Below are positions 30,556 to 40,653 of a DNA stretch of 64,000 bases, piece by piece. The stretch spans positions 2,368,001 to 2,432,000 of the forward strand of contig OZ242318.1 in assembly GCA_965208105.1 (NCBI GenBank), given 5' to 3'. Source of the DNA: Candidatus Latescibacterota bacterium (GTDB lineage: Bacteria > Latescibacterota > UBA2968 > UBA8231). A program made the position numbers and the translations under genes. Within the stretch, counting starts at the first letter, position 1; every line of letters begins with the position of its first letter. The notes beneath the pieces were generated by a model that was given only the letters and a program-made list of their open reading frames with translations, had not been told where the DNA came from and did no database searches.

Positions 30556-32652
30556 ATGAAAAGAACACACTCGACCCACGAAGCCCCCAGAAAGGCCACG
30601 GATCTGCCGGCGGCGTTGGAAAACATAAACGGCCACGTCCTCGACGACGCCATTCTGAAGAAGCTGGTGGACCCCGACGTCTACTACGAATTCGCTCGTT
30701 GCCGGGCAACCGGAGTGGCAATGGACAGATATTCGGCGAACGAGCTCGCCAAGTCCATCCGGGAGTGGGCACAGTCGAAAGGATGCATCGGCTACTCCCA
30801 CTGGTTTTCGCCGATCCGAGGACCGATTCACGGCGAGAATCTCGAAACCTTCGTTGGGGTGGACTTCGAAACGGATAGGCTCGTCATCGACCTCACCGGC
30901 CGCGAGCTGTTTCAGACGGAGACCGATGGGTCGTCCTTCCCCAACGGTGGACTGCGTGAAACCCACGAGGCGGCAGCCTACATCGGCTGGGACACGGGTT
31001 CCCCCCCCTTCGTTTACCGGCAAACCCTGTACATCCCGTCCTCCTTCGTCTCCTGGACCGGCGAAGCCCTGGATCAGAAGACGCCGCTGTTGCGAGCGGA
31101 CCTAGCGCTCAGCGAGCAGAGTGTGCGACTGCTGCATCACCTGGGCGAGACCGAGTTGACCGAGGTCGTCTGCAATGTCGGGTGGGAACAGGAATTCTTT
31201 TTGATCGATCGGGAAAAGTACCTAGCGCGGCCCGATCTGGTGGCTACCGGGCGCACCCTGTTGGGCGCCACGCCGTTCCGCGGCCAGGAACAGTCGACCA
31301 ACTATTTCTCGAGAATGTCTCCGCGGGTAAATCGATACATCGCCGAGGCGAGAGAGAAGATGTGGGAACTGGGCATTTCGATTCGCTGCACCCACAACGA
31401 GGTGGCGCCTTCGCAGCACGAAATTTCTCCCATCTTCAATCTCGCCAATCTGGCAGCGGACACCAACGTCTTGGCGATGGACGTACTTCGCGACCTGGCT
31501 TTTGATCACGGCCTCGTGGCCCTCTTCCACGAGAAACCCTTTGCCGGCATCAACGGCAGCGGCAAGCACAACAACTGGGGGCTGAATACGGACACCGGCG
31601 CCAATCTGTTCGTGCCGGGAGAAACGGAGCACGAGAACCGGCGCTTCGCCGCCTTCGTGGCGGCGCTGCTCCGAGGCGTAAACGAGCACGGCGACCTGCT
31701 GCGATGCGGCGTATCCACCGCCGGCAACGACCATCGCCTCGGCGCCCAGGAGGCGCCCCCGGCGATCATTACCCTGCATCTGGGCCGCCACCTGGAAGAG
31801 CACATGAAGAACGTGGCCAGGGGCGGGCCGATCACCGGATACGGCACCGAGGCCAAGAAGATTGCCGTGTCGGCGCCAGTGGCCGACATCCGGGCCAATC
31901 TGGAGGACCGCAACCGCACCGCGCCTTTCCCTTGGTGCGGCAACCGTTTCGAGTTCCGCGCGGTGGGCGGCAACCAGCACATCGCCTTTCCCCTCACCAT
32001 GGTAAACGCGGCCCTGGCGGACAGTCTCAAGCACATGTGCGAGGAGATCGAGAGCGGCAAGGAAATCGACCAGGTCATCCGAGAAACCATCCGGGAAAAT
32101 CAGGGCTCCCTGTTCAGCGGCGACGGCTATTCCGAAGAACTCTACGAATTCGCCGCAAAGTCCAACCTTTTCCATATCAAGAGCAGCCCCGAGGCCTACC
32201 TCGAGCTCACTTCGACCAAGAATGTGCAGCTGTTCCGCGAGCTGGGTATCTTCAACGAACGCGAGATCAGCGCCCGCCAAAAGGTTCTCCAGGAGGCCTA
32301 TGCCACCGAGCTCAGGATCGAGGCGCGCACCCTGCTGTCGATCCTCAATACCCGCATTCTCCCGGTAGCCATGGAAGATACCCGCCGCAGCATCGAATCC
32401 GGATATACCTCCATACTCTTCGACGAGAAAAAAGACTTGGTTCAGCAACTCCTCGCCGAGACCGAAAAACTGTCCGCCGCCTTCGCCGACTTCCCGGAGG
32501 ACGACCCCGCGCAAGCGGCTTCCTATGCCCACGCGACCATCAAACCGGCGATGGAATCCGCCAGAGCGGTGGCGGATCGATTGGAGGCGCTGGTGGACGC
32601 CCGCCTGTGGCCTTTGGCGGACTGTTCCGAGATTCTGCACAGTCATCACTAA
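30556..32652 (+). CDS. glnA: Glutamine synthetase type III
   Basis: 698 aa; HWF.P, DGSSFPNGGLR, GEALDQKTPLLR, GWEQEFFL, HNEVAPSQHE, HEKPFAGINGSGKHNNW, NDHRLGAQEAPPAI and DRNRT..FEFRAVG motifs; AAGGAG RBS. Confidence 0.95.
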   Translation: MKRTHSTHEAPRKATDLPAALENINGHVLDDAILKKLVDPDVYYEFARCRATGVAMDRYSANELAKSIREWAQSKGCIGYSHWFSPIRGPIHGENLETFVGVDFETDRLVIDLTGRELFQTETDGSSFPNGGLRETHEAAAYIGWDTGSPPFVYRQTLYIPSSFVSWTGEALDQKTPLLRADLALSEQSVRLLHHLGETELTEVVCNVGWEQEFFLIDREKYLARPDLVATGRTLLGATPFRGQEQSTNYFSRMSPRVNRYIAEAREKMWELGISIRCTHNEVAPSQHEISPIFNLANLAADTNVLAMDVLRDLAFDHGLVALFHEKPFAGINGSGKHNNWGLNTDTGANLFVPGETEHENRRFAAFVAALLRGVNEHGDLLRCGVSTAGNDHRLGAQEAPPAIITLHLGRHLEEHMKNVARGGPITGYGTEAKKIAVSAPVADIRANLEDRNRTAPFPWCGNRFEFRAVGGNQHIAFPLTMVNAALADSLKHMCEEIESGKEIDQVIRETIRENQGSLFSGDGYSEELYEFAAKSNLFHIKSSPEAYLELTSTKNVQLFRELGIFNEREISARQKVLQEAYATELRIEARTLLSILNTRILPVAMEDTRRSIESGYTSILFDEKKDLVQQLLAETEKLSAAFADFPEDDPAQAASYAHATIKPAMESARAVADRLEALVDARLWPLADCSEILHSHH

Positions 32653-32739
32653 CCGCCCTTTGGTCCGAGTCGGTCCGCTGCCTTCCCGATTCCAGCTACA
32701 GCCGGAGGTCGTCCCCACTCCACGTGCGTTCACGAGGGT

Positions 32740-33135
32740 ATCTTTCAGGCCGACTTCTGGTAGATCTGCGTGGGGTAGAGGTCTCAATTGTCGGTCGAGA
32801 GGGCCGCTGGAGGGACAACGTCTTCATCGAGCGATCGTGGCGCTCTCTCAAATACGAGAGCGTTTATCTGCACGAATTCGAGGATGGGCGTCAGGCGCGT
32901 CAGACCATCGCTGACTTGTTGCGGTATTACAACGAAGATCGACCTCATTCCAGCTTGCCGTGGACCCTTGGCTCAGGCCAGGGGCCTATCCCGTAAACCA
33001 GCAAAACGGCCCTCCAGCCAGGTCGGAAAGGAGACCTCAGAGAAACCCAGAAAAAGCAGGACAGGGCAGCAAATCAACCACAAGGAATCCACCTTAACCA
33101 GGCTGCCCGGCTGTCCAAAGAATGGGGTCCACCTC
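32740..33135 (+). mobile_element. IS3-family remnant: transposase OrfB C-terminal fragment plus right end
   Basis: GRWRDNVFIERSWRSLKYESVYLHEF...YYNEDRPHSSL is the integrase-core C-terminus; followed by end sequence ...CTGTCCAAAGAATGGGGTCCACCTC. Confidence 0.85.
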
Positions 33136-33205
33136 TCATTGCGGATAATGGACACAGAAAATCATCCCGCCTATATTCAACGTCCATACGGAGAAGACAA
33201 ACGCA

Positions 33206-34699
33206 TTGCCTCTGGAAAAACAATCCCTGGCGACCCGGGCCATCCGCGGCGTCTTCTGGACCGGCAGCGCCTCCCTGATTCAACTCTTCGTACCACTGAT
33301 CCTGTATGGGTACCTGCCCCCGGAGGAGATGGGGCGGTTCGAAGGTGCCCTCATCATCGTCATGCTCGCGGCCCTGCTGGGAGGCCTGGGACTTGGCGAG
33401 GCCCTGGTGCAGTACCGGCCCGCCGGTGAAATCCACTTCAGCTCGGCGTTCTGGGCCACTCTCCTTTCCGGGCTGGCGGTGACCTTCCTGGTCATCGCCG
33501 CGGCTCCGTTCCTCTCCCCCATCTTCTCGCGTGAAAATCCCCCGGAATTCCGCAGGGTCCTCACTCTTCTCTCCTTCCTCATTCCCCTTGCCGCCATCTC
33601 GGGCATTTTCCGCGCACGGCTGCAACGCGAACTGCGCTTCCGGTCAATGGCCCTCGCCGAAGTCGTCTCGGCTGTGATATACGCCCTGGTAGTCCTCGCC
33701 CTCCTCTCCCGCTATGGCATCCTCAGTCCCGTCGTCGGCAGTATCGCCCGCGAGTTCACATATTTCACCAGCTTGTGGGCTTTCGCGGCGTGGAGGCCGC
33801 GCCTCTGCTTCCGCCTGTCGGCATTGAGGCAAGTCCTCCCTTTCGGTCTCAATTTTACCGGGTCGAGGGGGGTAAATTTCCTCAACAGCCATCTGGCTTC
33901 CTTCGTCATCATGCCCTTGCTCGGCGAGACCGCCCATGGCTACTACAAATTCGCCCACCGCCTGACCTTGCTGCCGCAAACCCGTCTGGCAACCATTTTC
34001 ACACGGGTCACCTTTCCAACATTTTCCACTTTACAGGATGAAATCGTCCTTCTCCGTCGAACCTACCTCAAGTCGGCCCAGGGCATCGCCCTCTTTCTCT
34101 GGCCGGCTCTCGTCGGACTCCTGGTCTTCACGCCGGAGATCCTGCACCAGTTCCGGGCCATAAACGGACAGGAACTCATGGAGGCCCTGGTTCCCCTGCG
34201 GCTGCTGGCCCTGGCCACCCTGCTCAAGGGCATAGGCATGGTTGCCGGTTCGGTCTTCATGGCAAAGGGCAAGGCCGACTGGTCCCTCTACTGGTCCCTC
34301 TTCAGCTTTGCAGTCTCGGTCCCCGCCCTCTATTTCGGTACCGCCCACGGAGTGGCCGGGGTTTCCACCGCCATTGCCATAACCACTATAGTCTTCCTGA
34401 TTCTGACCCAGCATCTGGTCAACCGCCTGACCGGCCTCAGCTTTTCCGCCTACCTGGGGGCATTGGTCCGCCCTGCCCTGGTCGCCCTGTCGGTGCTTGC
34501 CGTGCTGGGCGCAATCAGGCCGCTGCTGCCAGCCCAGGAGCTCGCCTCCCTCGTCTTCGCCGTCCTCTGCGGACTCCTGACCGCCGTCCTTGCCCTGCGC
34601 CTCTTCGCCTGGGACCTGTGCCTCGAATTCTGGCATGGATTCAAAGGAAGCAGAACAGGCTCCCCAACTGCCCCTTCGGACGGGCCGCGGTCCTCCTGA
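33206..34699 (+). CDS. Polysaccharide flippase (Wzx/WzxC-like, MOP superfamily)
   Basis: SLATRAIRGVFWT, LPPEEMG, GLGEALVQ, LQRELRF, WRP and FPTFS motifs; many TM segments. Confidence 0.88.
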   Translation: MPLEKQSLATRAIRGVFWTGSASLIQLFVPLILYGYLPPEEMGRFEGALIIVMLAALLGGLGLGEALVQYRPAGEIHFSSAFWATLLSGLAVTFLVIAAAPFLSPIFSRENPPEFRRVLTLLSFLIPLAAISGIFRARLQRELRFRSMALAEVVSAVIYALVVLALLSRYGILSPVVGSIAREFTYFTSLWAFAAWRPRLCFRLSALRQVLPFGLNFTGSRGVNFLNSHLASFVIMPLLGETAHGYYKFAHRLTLLPQTRLATIFTRVTFPTFSTLQDEIVLLRRTYLKSAQGIALFLWPALVGLLVFTPEILHQFRAINGQELMEALVPLRLLALATLLKGIGMVAGSVFMAKGKADWSLYWSLFSFAVSVPALYFGTAHGVAGVSTAIAITTIVFLILTQHLVNRLTGLSFSAYLGALVRPALVALSVLAVLGAIRPLLPAQELASLVFAVLCGLLTAVLALRLFAWDLCLEFWHGFKGSRTGSPTAPSDGPRSS

Positions 34700-34792
34700 G
34701 AAATACACATTGGTCCTTTGCGCTTGTGACCCTATTGGAGTATTTTTTGTTCGACCCACCAGTTCAGTGGACCATTTCGGAAGGAGTGCGTT

Positions 34793-35695
34793 ATGAGCGA
34801 CAACGGTCGAACTCTAAAAACAGGCACACTCAAGCTCAAGACGGGTCTTGCGGAAATGCTCAAGGGCGGCGTCATCATGGACGTGGTCACCGCCGACCAG
34901 GCCAGGATCGCGGAGGACGCCGGCGCCGTTTCGGTCATGGCTCTGGAGCGGGTGCCCGCTGACATCCGCGCCCACGGAGGCGTCTCCCGCATGTCCGGCG
35001 TCGAGAAAATTCGCGAGATCATGGAGGCCGTTACCATTCCCGTCATGGCCAAGGTCCGCATCGGCCACTTCGTCGAGGCCCAGATGCTCCAGGCCCTGGG
35101 GGTGGATTACGTTGACGAAAGCGAGGTCCTCACCCCCGCCGACGAGCGCTACCACATCGACAAGCATGCCTTCGAGGTGCCCTTCGTCTGCGGCTGCCGC
35201 GACCTGGGAGAAGCCCTGCGCCGCATCGGCGAGGGTGCCGCCATGGTGCGCACCAAGGGCGAGGCCGGGTCGGGCAACGTCGTCGAAGCCGTGCGCCACA
35301 TGCGTAGCGTCACCGCCGAAATCCGCCGCCTGACCACCCTGGGTCCCGAGGAACTCATGACCGCGGCCAAGGAGTTGGGCGCCCCCTGCGAACTGGTGCG
35401 CATGGTCGCCGCCGAGGGCAAGCTGCCCGTGCCCAACTTCTCAGCCGGAGGGATCGCTACCCCCGCCGACGCCGCCCTGATGATGCAGCTGGGCGCCGAG
35501 GCCAACTTCGTGGGCTCGGGAATCTTTAAGTCCGGCGACCCGGAAGTGCGAGCCAGGGCCATTGTCGAGGCCACCACCCACTACGAGGATCCGGAAGTGC
35601 TGATTCGCGTATCGGAGAACCTTGGAGAGGCCATGGTCGGAATCGACATCAACACCCTGGGCGAGGACCAGCTCCTGCAGACGAGAGGGTGGTAG
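34793..35695 (+). CDS. pdxS: Pyridoxal 5'-phosphate synthase lyase subunit
   Basis: [41 protein letters not shown] and [17 protein letters not shown] motifs. Confidence 0.98.
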   Translation: MSDNGRTLKTGTLKLKTGLAEMLKGGVIMDVVTADQARIAEDAGAVSVMALERVPADIRAHGGVSRMSGVEKIREIMEAVTIPVMAKVRIGHFVEAQMLQALGVDYVDESEVLTPADERYHIDKHAFEVPFVCGCRDLGEALRRIGEGAAMVRTKGEAGSGNVVEAVRHMRSVTAEIRRLTTLGPEELMTAAKELGAPCELVRMVAAEGKLPVPNFSAGGIATPADAALMMQLGAEANFVGSGIFKSGDPEVRARAIVEATTHYEDPEVLIRVSENLGEAMVGIDINTLGEDQLLQTRGW

Positions 35696-35703
35696 CTGGA
35701 TTC

Positions 35704-36270
35704 ATGTCCGTGGGAATTCTGGGCCTGCAGGGAGGCTACGCAGCCCACCGCAGGCGGCTGGAACAACTGGGGGCAGAGGTCCGGATCGTGAGGAAGCCGG
35801 GGGAACTGGACCTGCTTGACAGCCTGGTCATTCCCGGCGGTGAAAGCACCACCCTGATCAAGTTGATGGATGCCTATGGGTTCTGGGAGCCTCTGCGGTC
35901 ACTCGCCCGGTCGGGAAAGCCCATCCTCGGGACATGCGCAGGTTTGATTCTCCTGGCTTCCGAAGTGATCAATCCCCCACAGAAATCCCTGGGCTTGATC
36001 GACGTTATGGTCGAGCGCAACAGCTATGGCCGCCAGCGCCAGAGCTTCGAGGCCACCGGTTCCTTCTCGGCCAACGGCACCGCGAAAGAGATGCACATGG
36101 TCTTCATCCGGGCACCCCGGATCCGCGCACTGGGCCCCGGCGTTGAATGCCTGTCCACCTGCGGCGGCGACTGCGTCATTGCCCGCCAGGGCAAGATCCT
36201 GGTGGCCTCGTTCCATCCCGAACTGACGGACGATCCTGGCGTCCACCAGTACTTCCTGAATATGGCCTGA
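35704..36270 (+). CDS. pdxT: Pyridoxal 5'-phosphate synthase glutaminase subunit
   Basis: GILGLQG, PGGEST, GTCAG, RNSYGRQ..SF, FIRAP and FHPE motifs; adjacent to pdxS. Confidence 0.97.
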   Translation: MSVGILGLQGGYAAHRRRLEQLGAEVRIVRKPGELDLLDSLVIPGGESTTLIKLMDAYGFWEPLRSLARSGKPILGTCAGLILLASEVINPPQKSLGLIDVMVERNSYGRQRQSFEATGSFSANGTAKEMHMVFIRAPRIRALGPGVECLSTCGGDCVIARQGKILVASFHPELTDDPGVHQYFLNMA

Positions 36271-36300
36271 GCCGCCTGTGGGTCACCTTCCCGAGAGTGC

Positions 36301-36861
36301 CTAAAACCCAAACTGCAGTTTTGCGGTAAAGCGGTTAATGCCGATACTGTCGTCGGCAAAGACAAAGTCGCGCTGATACCTCAATCCCACCCGCAAATTT
36401 TCCCTCAGCGACAACTCCGCGCCAACCCCCGGGACTATGCCGAAGTTGGCGGATCCCTCATCGGGAGAGTAAAGCTCGGTATCCAGCGAGAAAAAATAGA
36501 TGAAGGGCTGCAGGTGGTAGGAGCTCCGCATTCCCGCCGAGAAGAGATTGGTTCGCTGGTCCCAGATAAAGCCGTACCCCAGTTGGAAGGCGAGCCAGTC
36601 CTCTATCTCATATCCCAGGTTCAGTCCTGAAATCAGATCGGTCTCCGAACCGTCCTCGTCCAACTCCCTTCCATTGGACTCCACCGTGGCAGATCCGAAA
36701 ATACCTTCGACGTAAAAGTCTCCTCCCGTACGCGCATACCTGTAGCCCCCGGTGCCGTACTCGCTGCCTTCCGGTCCGTCGGTTCGACCTGGTTCGGGCT
36801 CATCCGCGCCGGCACCAGCGGCCATGCCCGTTGCCAATACCAGCCATATCCAGCGATGCAT
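36301..36861 (-). CDS. Small outer-membrane beta-barrel protein (OmpA-like barrel)
   Basis: Signal peptide, alternating strands (GLNLGY, PGVGAEL), terminal KLQFGF beta-signal. Confidence 0.75.
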   Translation of the reverse strand: MHRWIWLVLATGMAAGAGADEPEPGRTDGPEGSEYGTGGYRYARTGGDFYVEGIFGSATVESNGRELDEDGSETDLISGLNLGYEIEDWLAFQLGYGFIWDQRTNLFSAGMRSSYHLQPFIYFFSLDTELYSPDEGSANFGIVPGVGAELSLRENLRVGLRYQRDFVFADDSIGINRFTAKLQFGF

Positions 36862-36877
36862 ATTCCCCTTCCCCTTC

Positions 36878-37474
36878 CTAGAGTCCTATGCTCTTCTTCT
36901 TGAAATGTTTGACGATCTCCTTTTGGTCCGTCCACACGATTTCGGTGGTCTCGATGCTGGTCAACTCGAAGGTAGCCTTGTAGTACACGGCCTTGAGCCT
37001 GCCCACCTGCTGAATGGTGGAGGTGATGACCCCCCCCATCAAAAACTCCGCTCCCTTCTGCCTGCCTGGCCCCTTGGCCTGACTCGGGTCCACGTAACCC
37101 GAACCCTGATACTCGTACTCGCCGGCGATTTCGCCGCGGGCGGCCTTGTCGAGGAAGGTAAATCTGCCGCTCTGGATCAGCGCAGTCTTGATGTGGTCGT
37201 AGAGTGCCTGAATGTCGATGTGCTCGGAGGTTCTGTTCTTCGGCGTCTCCAGGATAACCACGGGCTTCGCATCCATTTCCGCCTTCTCCGCCCAGGCCTC
37301 CAGGGAAGTGACCATGGTCTTGGCGATCAACTGCATGTCGTTCTGGTTCCACTTGTCGTCTAGCATATTGATCTGGTTCGGATCGCCGTACTCCCCCCTG
37401 GTAAAGGCTCGAGGACCACCGCAGGCGGATAGTCCCACCGCCAGAGCCGCCAACCCCAGGAAAAAATATCTCAT
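36878..37474 (-). CDS. lpoB: Penicillin-binding protein activator LpoB-like lipoprotein
   Basis: Lipobox LSAC; NRTSEHID, SGRFTFLD and YYK.TFELT..ET.EIVW motifs. Confidence 0.82.
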   Translation of the reverse strand: MRYFFLGLAALAVGLSACGGPRAFTRGEYGDPNQINMLDDKWNQNDMQLIAKTMVTSLEAWAEKAEMDAKPVVILETPKNRTSEHIDIQALYDHIKTALIQSGRFTFLDKAARGEIAGEYEYQGSGYVDPSQAKGPGRQKGAEFLMGGVITSTIQQVGRLKAVYYKATFELTSIETTEIVWTDQKEIVKHFKKKSIGL

Positions 37475-37486
37475 AGTCTTCTCCTT

Positions 37487-38344
37487 TCAGTCCCATTCAC
37501 ATTCGAAATGCGTGCGCACCAGGTGCCAGCGGTCCGGCAACATGGCGTCCTGTCTGTGCAATACCTGCAACCTGCAATCCCGTTGCAACGAGCTTTTGGG
37601 ATAGTCGAACTCAAACTCGCTCACGCCCTCCCGGTCCGCCGGCGGGATATCCGCCGAGGTGTAGATATTGGGTCGGGTCGAGGTGAAGACCATGGCCTTT
37701 TTGCGCCCGTAGGACTTCAGTGGTACGGCTGCGGAAAACGCGATGCGCCGCACCTTCTTGGGCAGCAGCAGGTCCGTTTGATCCACCATGCTGTCGCGCT
37801 GCCACTTGCCGCCCAGGATTGTCTGCAGGTTGCCCGCGAAAACCCGCTCGCGCGATCCATCGGGGATGATCAGGTATAGATATCCCTTGCGGGCCTGGTT
37901 GGAGACCTGGGCTCCGCCCAACCCCTCGAAATCCATGGTGATCGTCAGGTTGACGGCGCGATTGGGAGGCAGGGCATGCAGCGACACGGCCTGGATGACC
38001 TCCTCGGAGGCGCCTGCCTCCTTCAAGCCGATCAATGCATCCACCGAGGCATCGCAGGCACAGCGGCGCTCACGGACCATCCGCACGATGGCCTCCGTGC
38101 TGAACTTGCTGGCGCTGAGCTTGCGCACCTCGTCCATGGTCAGCGGCAGTTGGTCCGAGCGCTCGTAGAGGCGGGGAAGCTCCCCTCCGTCCCAGTCGAT
38201 GATATTGAAAACGTATCCATCGTCCAGCACATCGGCCACCTCCCTTGCGGCTCCGCCCGACGGTTCTCTTCGGTCGAGGCCCGGCACGGCTGCCAGAACC
38301 GCCATTGCCGCTGCCAGTCCCAGAACAAACCTCCCTGGTTTCAT
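37487..38344 (-). CDS. Hypothetical exported protein
   Basis: Signal peptide; helical motif LTMDEVRKLS...DASVDALIGLKEAGASEEVIQAV; GGAGGG RBS; co-oriented and tightly spaced with lpoB. Confidence 0.7.
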   Translation of the reverse strand: MKPGRFVLGLAAAMAVLAAVPGLDRREPSGGAAREVADVLDDGYVFNIIDWDGGELPRLYERSDQLPLTMDEVRKLSASKFSTEAIVRMVRERRCACDASVDALIGLKEAGASEEVIQAVSLHALPPNRAVNLTITMDFEGLGGAQVSNQARKGYLYLIIPDGSRERVFAGNLQTILGGKWQRDSMVDQTDLLLPKKVRRIAFSAAVPLKSYGRKKAMVFTSTRPNIYTSADIPPADREGVSEFEFDYPKSSLQRDCRLQVLHRQDAMLPDRWHLVRTHFECEWD

Positions 38345-38360
38345 CTGTGCCCTCCCTCTC

Positions 38361-39725
38361 TCATCTATAGCTCCGGCAACTCAGAATTACCGGCGTGCCA
38401 CTCTCGATTTCCACACCGGGAAACGGATGGGTCTCCACGACCACGCCACTGTCATTTAAAAACTCCACAACCAGGTCAACCGTTCCCGGGGGCAGGGAAA
38501 AACGCGCAATGTCTATCCGGGCGGGCAGCGATACCCAGCCCCGGGTGTCCGCGGCCTCGGTGGCGACGCCGAAAAGGTTGACCAGGGTTCCCCAGAACTC
38601 GCTTTTCTCCTCTACCAGCTCAGTGGCAAGAAACTTGGCCAACGCACGCGCCGCCGTGCGCAGCAAAACGGTGTCCATCTTCTCGTCAAGGCTCTTGAAG
38701 GCAATGGCATTCAGATCCTGTACCACCTCGGCGTCTGCACTCTGATCTCCGCCCCTTAATCGGGCTCTCCGAATCCGGTTTGAATTCGCCCTGTATTCGG
38801 GCAGTGCGACCTTGAGGAAATAATCCACCTCGTAGCGGCGGTAGGGGTTGTGGTAGCGGTAGACCAGCTCGTCGGACAATGCCCAGACCTCTGTCCTGTC
38901 ATCCTCTTCGAGAATGGGCAGGCTGATCTCCCGCTGGTGCTTGCGGGCAATGAACCCGCTCTCGATGAACACGATGACTTCGCCGCCAACCGGCTGGTGG
39001 AGATCTTCGGGATGCAGCGCGTAGCGCTCCATGTATGCCTCCACGTCCTCGGCATAGTCGAGCCGGCGGGCCATTCGGACAAGGTCCTTTCCCAGCATTG
39101 CCGGAGTTTCCAGGCCCAGGGCCTCCTCGTAGGCCAGGTAGCCCTTTTCCGCGTCCTTGTAAGATATGTACGCATCGTTCCATTCGCCTTCGGCTTCGAA
39201 GAACAGGCCGCTCATATACTGGAGGAAGGCGTCGTTTTTATAGCTGAGCTCGTACTCTGCCGCGGCGGCGTAGTCTTCGAGCATCAGATTCGCCTTGCGG
39301 CACTCCACCAGTGCCTCCTGGGGCAAGCCCAGGTACTGGTAGTTCATGGCCCGGTAGTAGTGGATGATCACCCGCTCGAACTCTTCTCCGCTGTAAGCTC
39401 GAACGGCGTCGTTGGTCAGGAGCGCTGCAATCTCCCGGGAGACGGAGCGGGCGTAACGCTTGTCAATCAGGCGCTCGGCCTTTTCGAACAGCCTGTTTGA
39501 CTCCTCGTACTGCCCATTGTAGTGCAGGATCAGGCCTTTTTCGAGCCGGTAGAGGAGTTTGTCCGTCTGCTTGTCACGGTCCTCGAGCCTGGCCAGCGCC
39601 CCTTCGTAGTCGCGGTTTCCCAGGCGCTTCAGCGTCCCTCTCATGTGACCCGAGTAGGCAGCCCCGCACCCGGCCGACAGTACCCACAGAAATAGGAAGG
39701 CGCAAAGTAGTTTCGCAGATTTCAC
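38361..39725 (-). CDS. COG3014-like TPR lipoprotein
   Basis: Lipobox SAGC; LLYRLEKGLILH, YSGEEFE..IHYY.AMNY, ALVECR and ADTRGWVSLP motifs typical of the family found with lpoB. Confidence 0.8.
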   Translation of the reverse strand: MKSAKLLCAFLFLWVLSAGCGAAYSGHMRGTLKRLGNRDYEGALARLEDRDKQTDKLLYRLEKGLILHYNGQYEESNRLFEKAERLIDKRYARSVSREIAALLTNDAVRAYSGEEFERVIIHYYRAMNYQYLGLPQEALVECRKANLMLEDYAAAAEYELSYKNDAFLQYMSGLFFEAEGEWNDAYISYKDAEKGYLAYEEALGLETPAMLGKDLVRMARRLDYAEDVEAYMERYALHPEDLHQPVGGEVIVFIESGFIARKHQREISLPILEEDDRTEVWALSDELVYRYHNPYRRYEVDYFLKVALPEYRANSNRIRRARLRGGDQSADAEVVQDLNAIAFKSLDEKMDTVLLRTAARALAKFLATELVEEKSEFWGTLVNLFGVATEAADTRGWVSLPARIDIARFSLPPGTVDLVVEFLNDSGVVVETHPFPGVEIESGTPVILSCRSYR

Positions 39726-40065
39726 TCGAGGTCAACCCTGTACTGGCAAATCAAAACTGCATCAACCGCTCGGGTTCTCACCTATGTGTAAGATGCCTTG
39801 GGAAGAGGAGATGTTCCCCGCTCCTGCCACAACTGCGGGGATCGGGGGATTCCCCTTCAACCTGTGGTGGCCCATTTCCCCGTGTCCCGCTCAATGAGGA
39901 TTCTCGGGGTTGCTCCCGTTTGTGGTGCGCCTTAATATAATTTCCTCCTCACACCGTTGCCAGGCAGGGCGCGTGGTCCGCACCGGCCTCGAACAGCCAC
40001 CGGGCCGCACCTGCGGGACGCCCCGGTGGAGTGCCCAGCACAATCCCGCGCGAACCAATGACCCA

Positions 40066-40653
40066 ATGAAACGACTTGAACCGGGCAACTATGGCAAAGA
40101 GACCTCCTTTGCCGTTCGCAATCACGACACCCGCATGACCGCGGAGGAATACAATCGTCTTCCAAAGCATCCCCTCCATCTGATACTGGACAACCTCCGC
40201 AGCGCATTCAACGTAGGCTCCATATTCCGCACCGCCGATACCGCCCGCCTTGCCAGTATCGCCACCTGCGGCTACACCGCCCATCCCCCGCACGGAAAGC
40301 TGGGCAAGACCGCCCTCGGCACCCTCGACTTCATCCCTACCCGGCACTTCGACTCTGCCCTCGATGCCGTTCGGTTTTTCCAGGACCGCAACACCCCGGT
40401 CTGGGCCCTGGAGACCATCTCCCTCAGCCGGGTCTACACCTCCGTTACCTTTCCCCGTCCCATCGCCATCGTTCTCGGCAACGAGGCTCTCGGGGTGAGC
40501 AGGGAAGTCCTGGAAGAATGCGAAGAATGGATCGAAATCCCCATGTACGGGCACAAGAATTCCCTCAATGTAGCCTCCGCCTGTGCCGTCGTGTCATTCG
40601 AAGTCCTGCGCCAATGGCAAGTTCCCTCACCCAATTCCAAGCCTGGAGGCTGA
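40066..40653 (+). CDS. TrmH/SpoU family RNA methyltransferase
   Basis: LDNLRSAFNVGSIFRTAD, LGNEALGV and IPMYGHKNSLNV motifs. Confidence 0.93.
   Translation: MKRLEPGNYGKETSFAVRNHDTRMTAEEYNRLPKHPLHLILDNLRSAFNVGSIFRTADTARLASIATCGYTAHPPHGKLGKTALGTLDFIPTRHFDSALDAVRFFQDRNTPVWALETISLSRVYTSVTFPRPIAIVLGNEALGVSREVLEECEEWIEIPMYGHKNSLNVASACAVVSFEVLRQWQVPSPNSKPGG

Noticed and set aside
31222-32996. 521-aa minus-strand ORF and 430-aa plus-strand ORF overlapping GSIII
   Set aside because: Shadow frames; only the last ~80 codons of the plus ORF are meaningful (IS3 fragment, reported separately)
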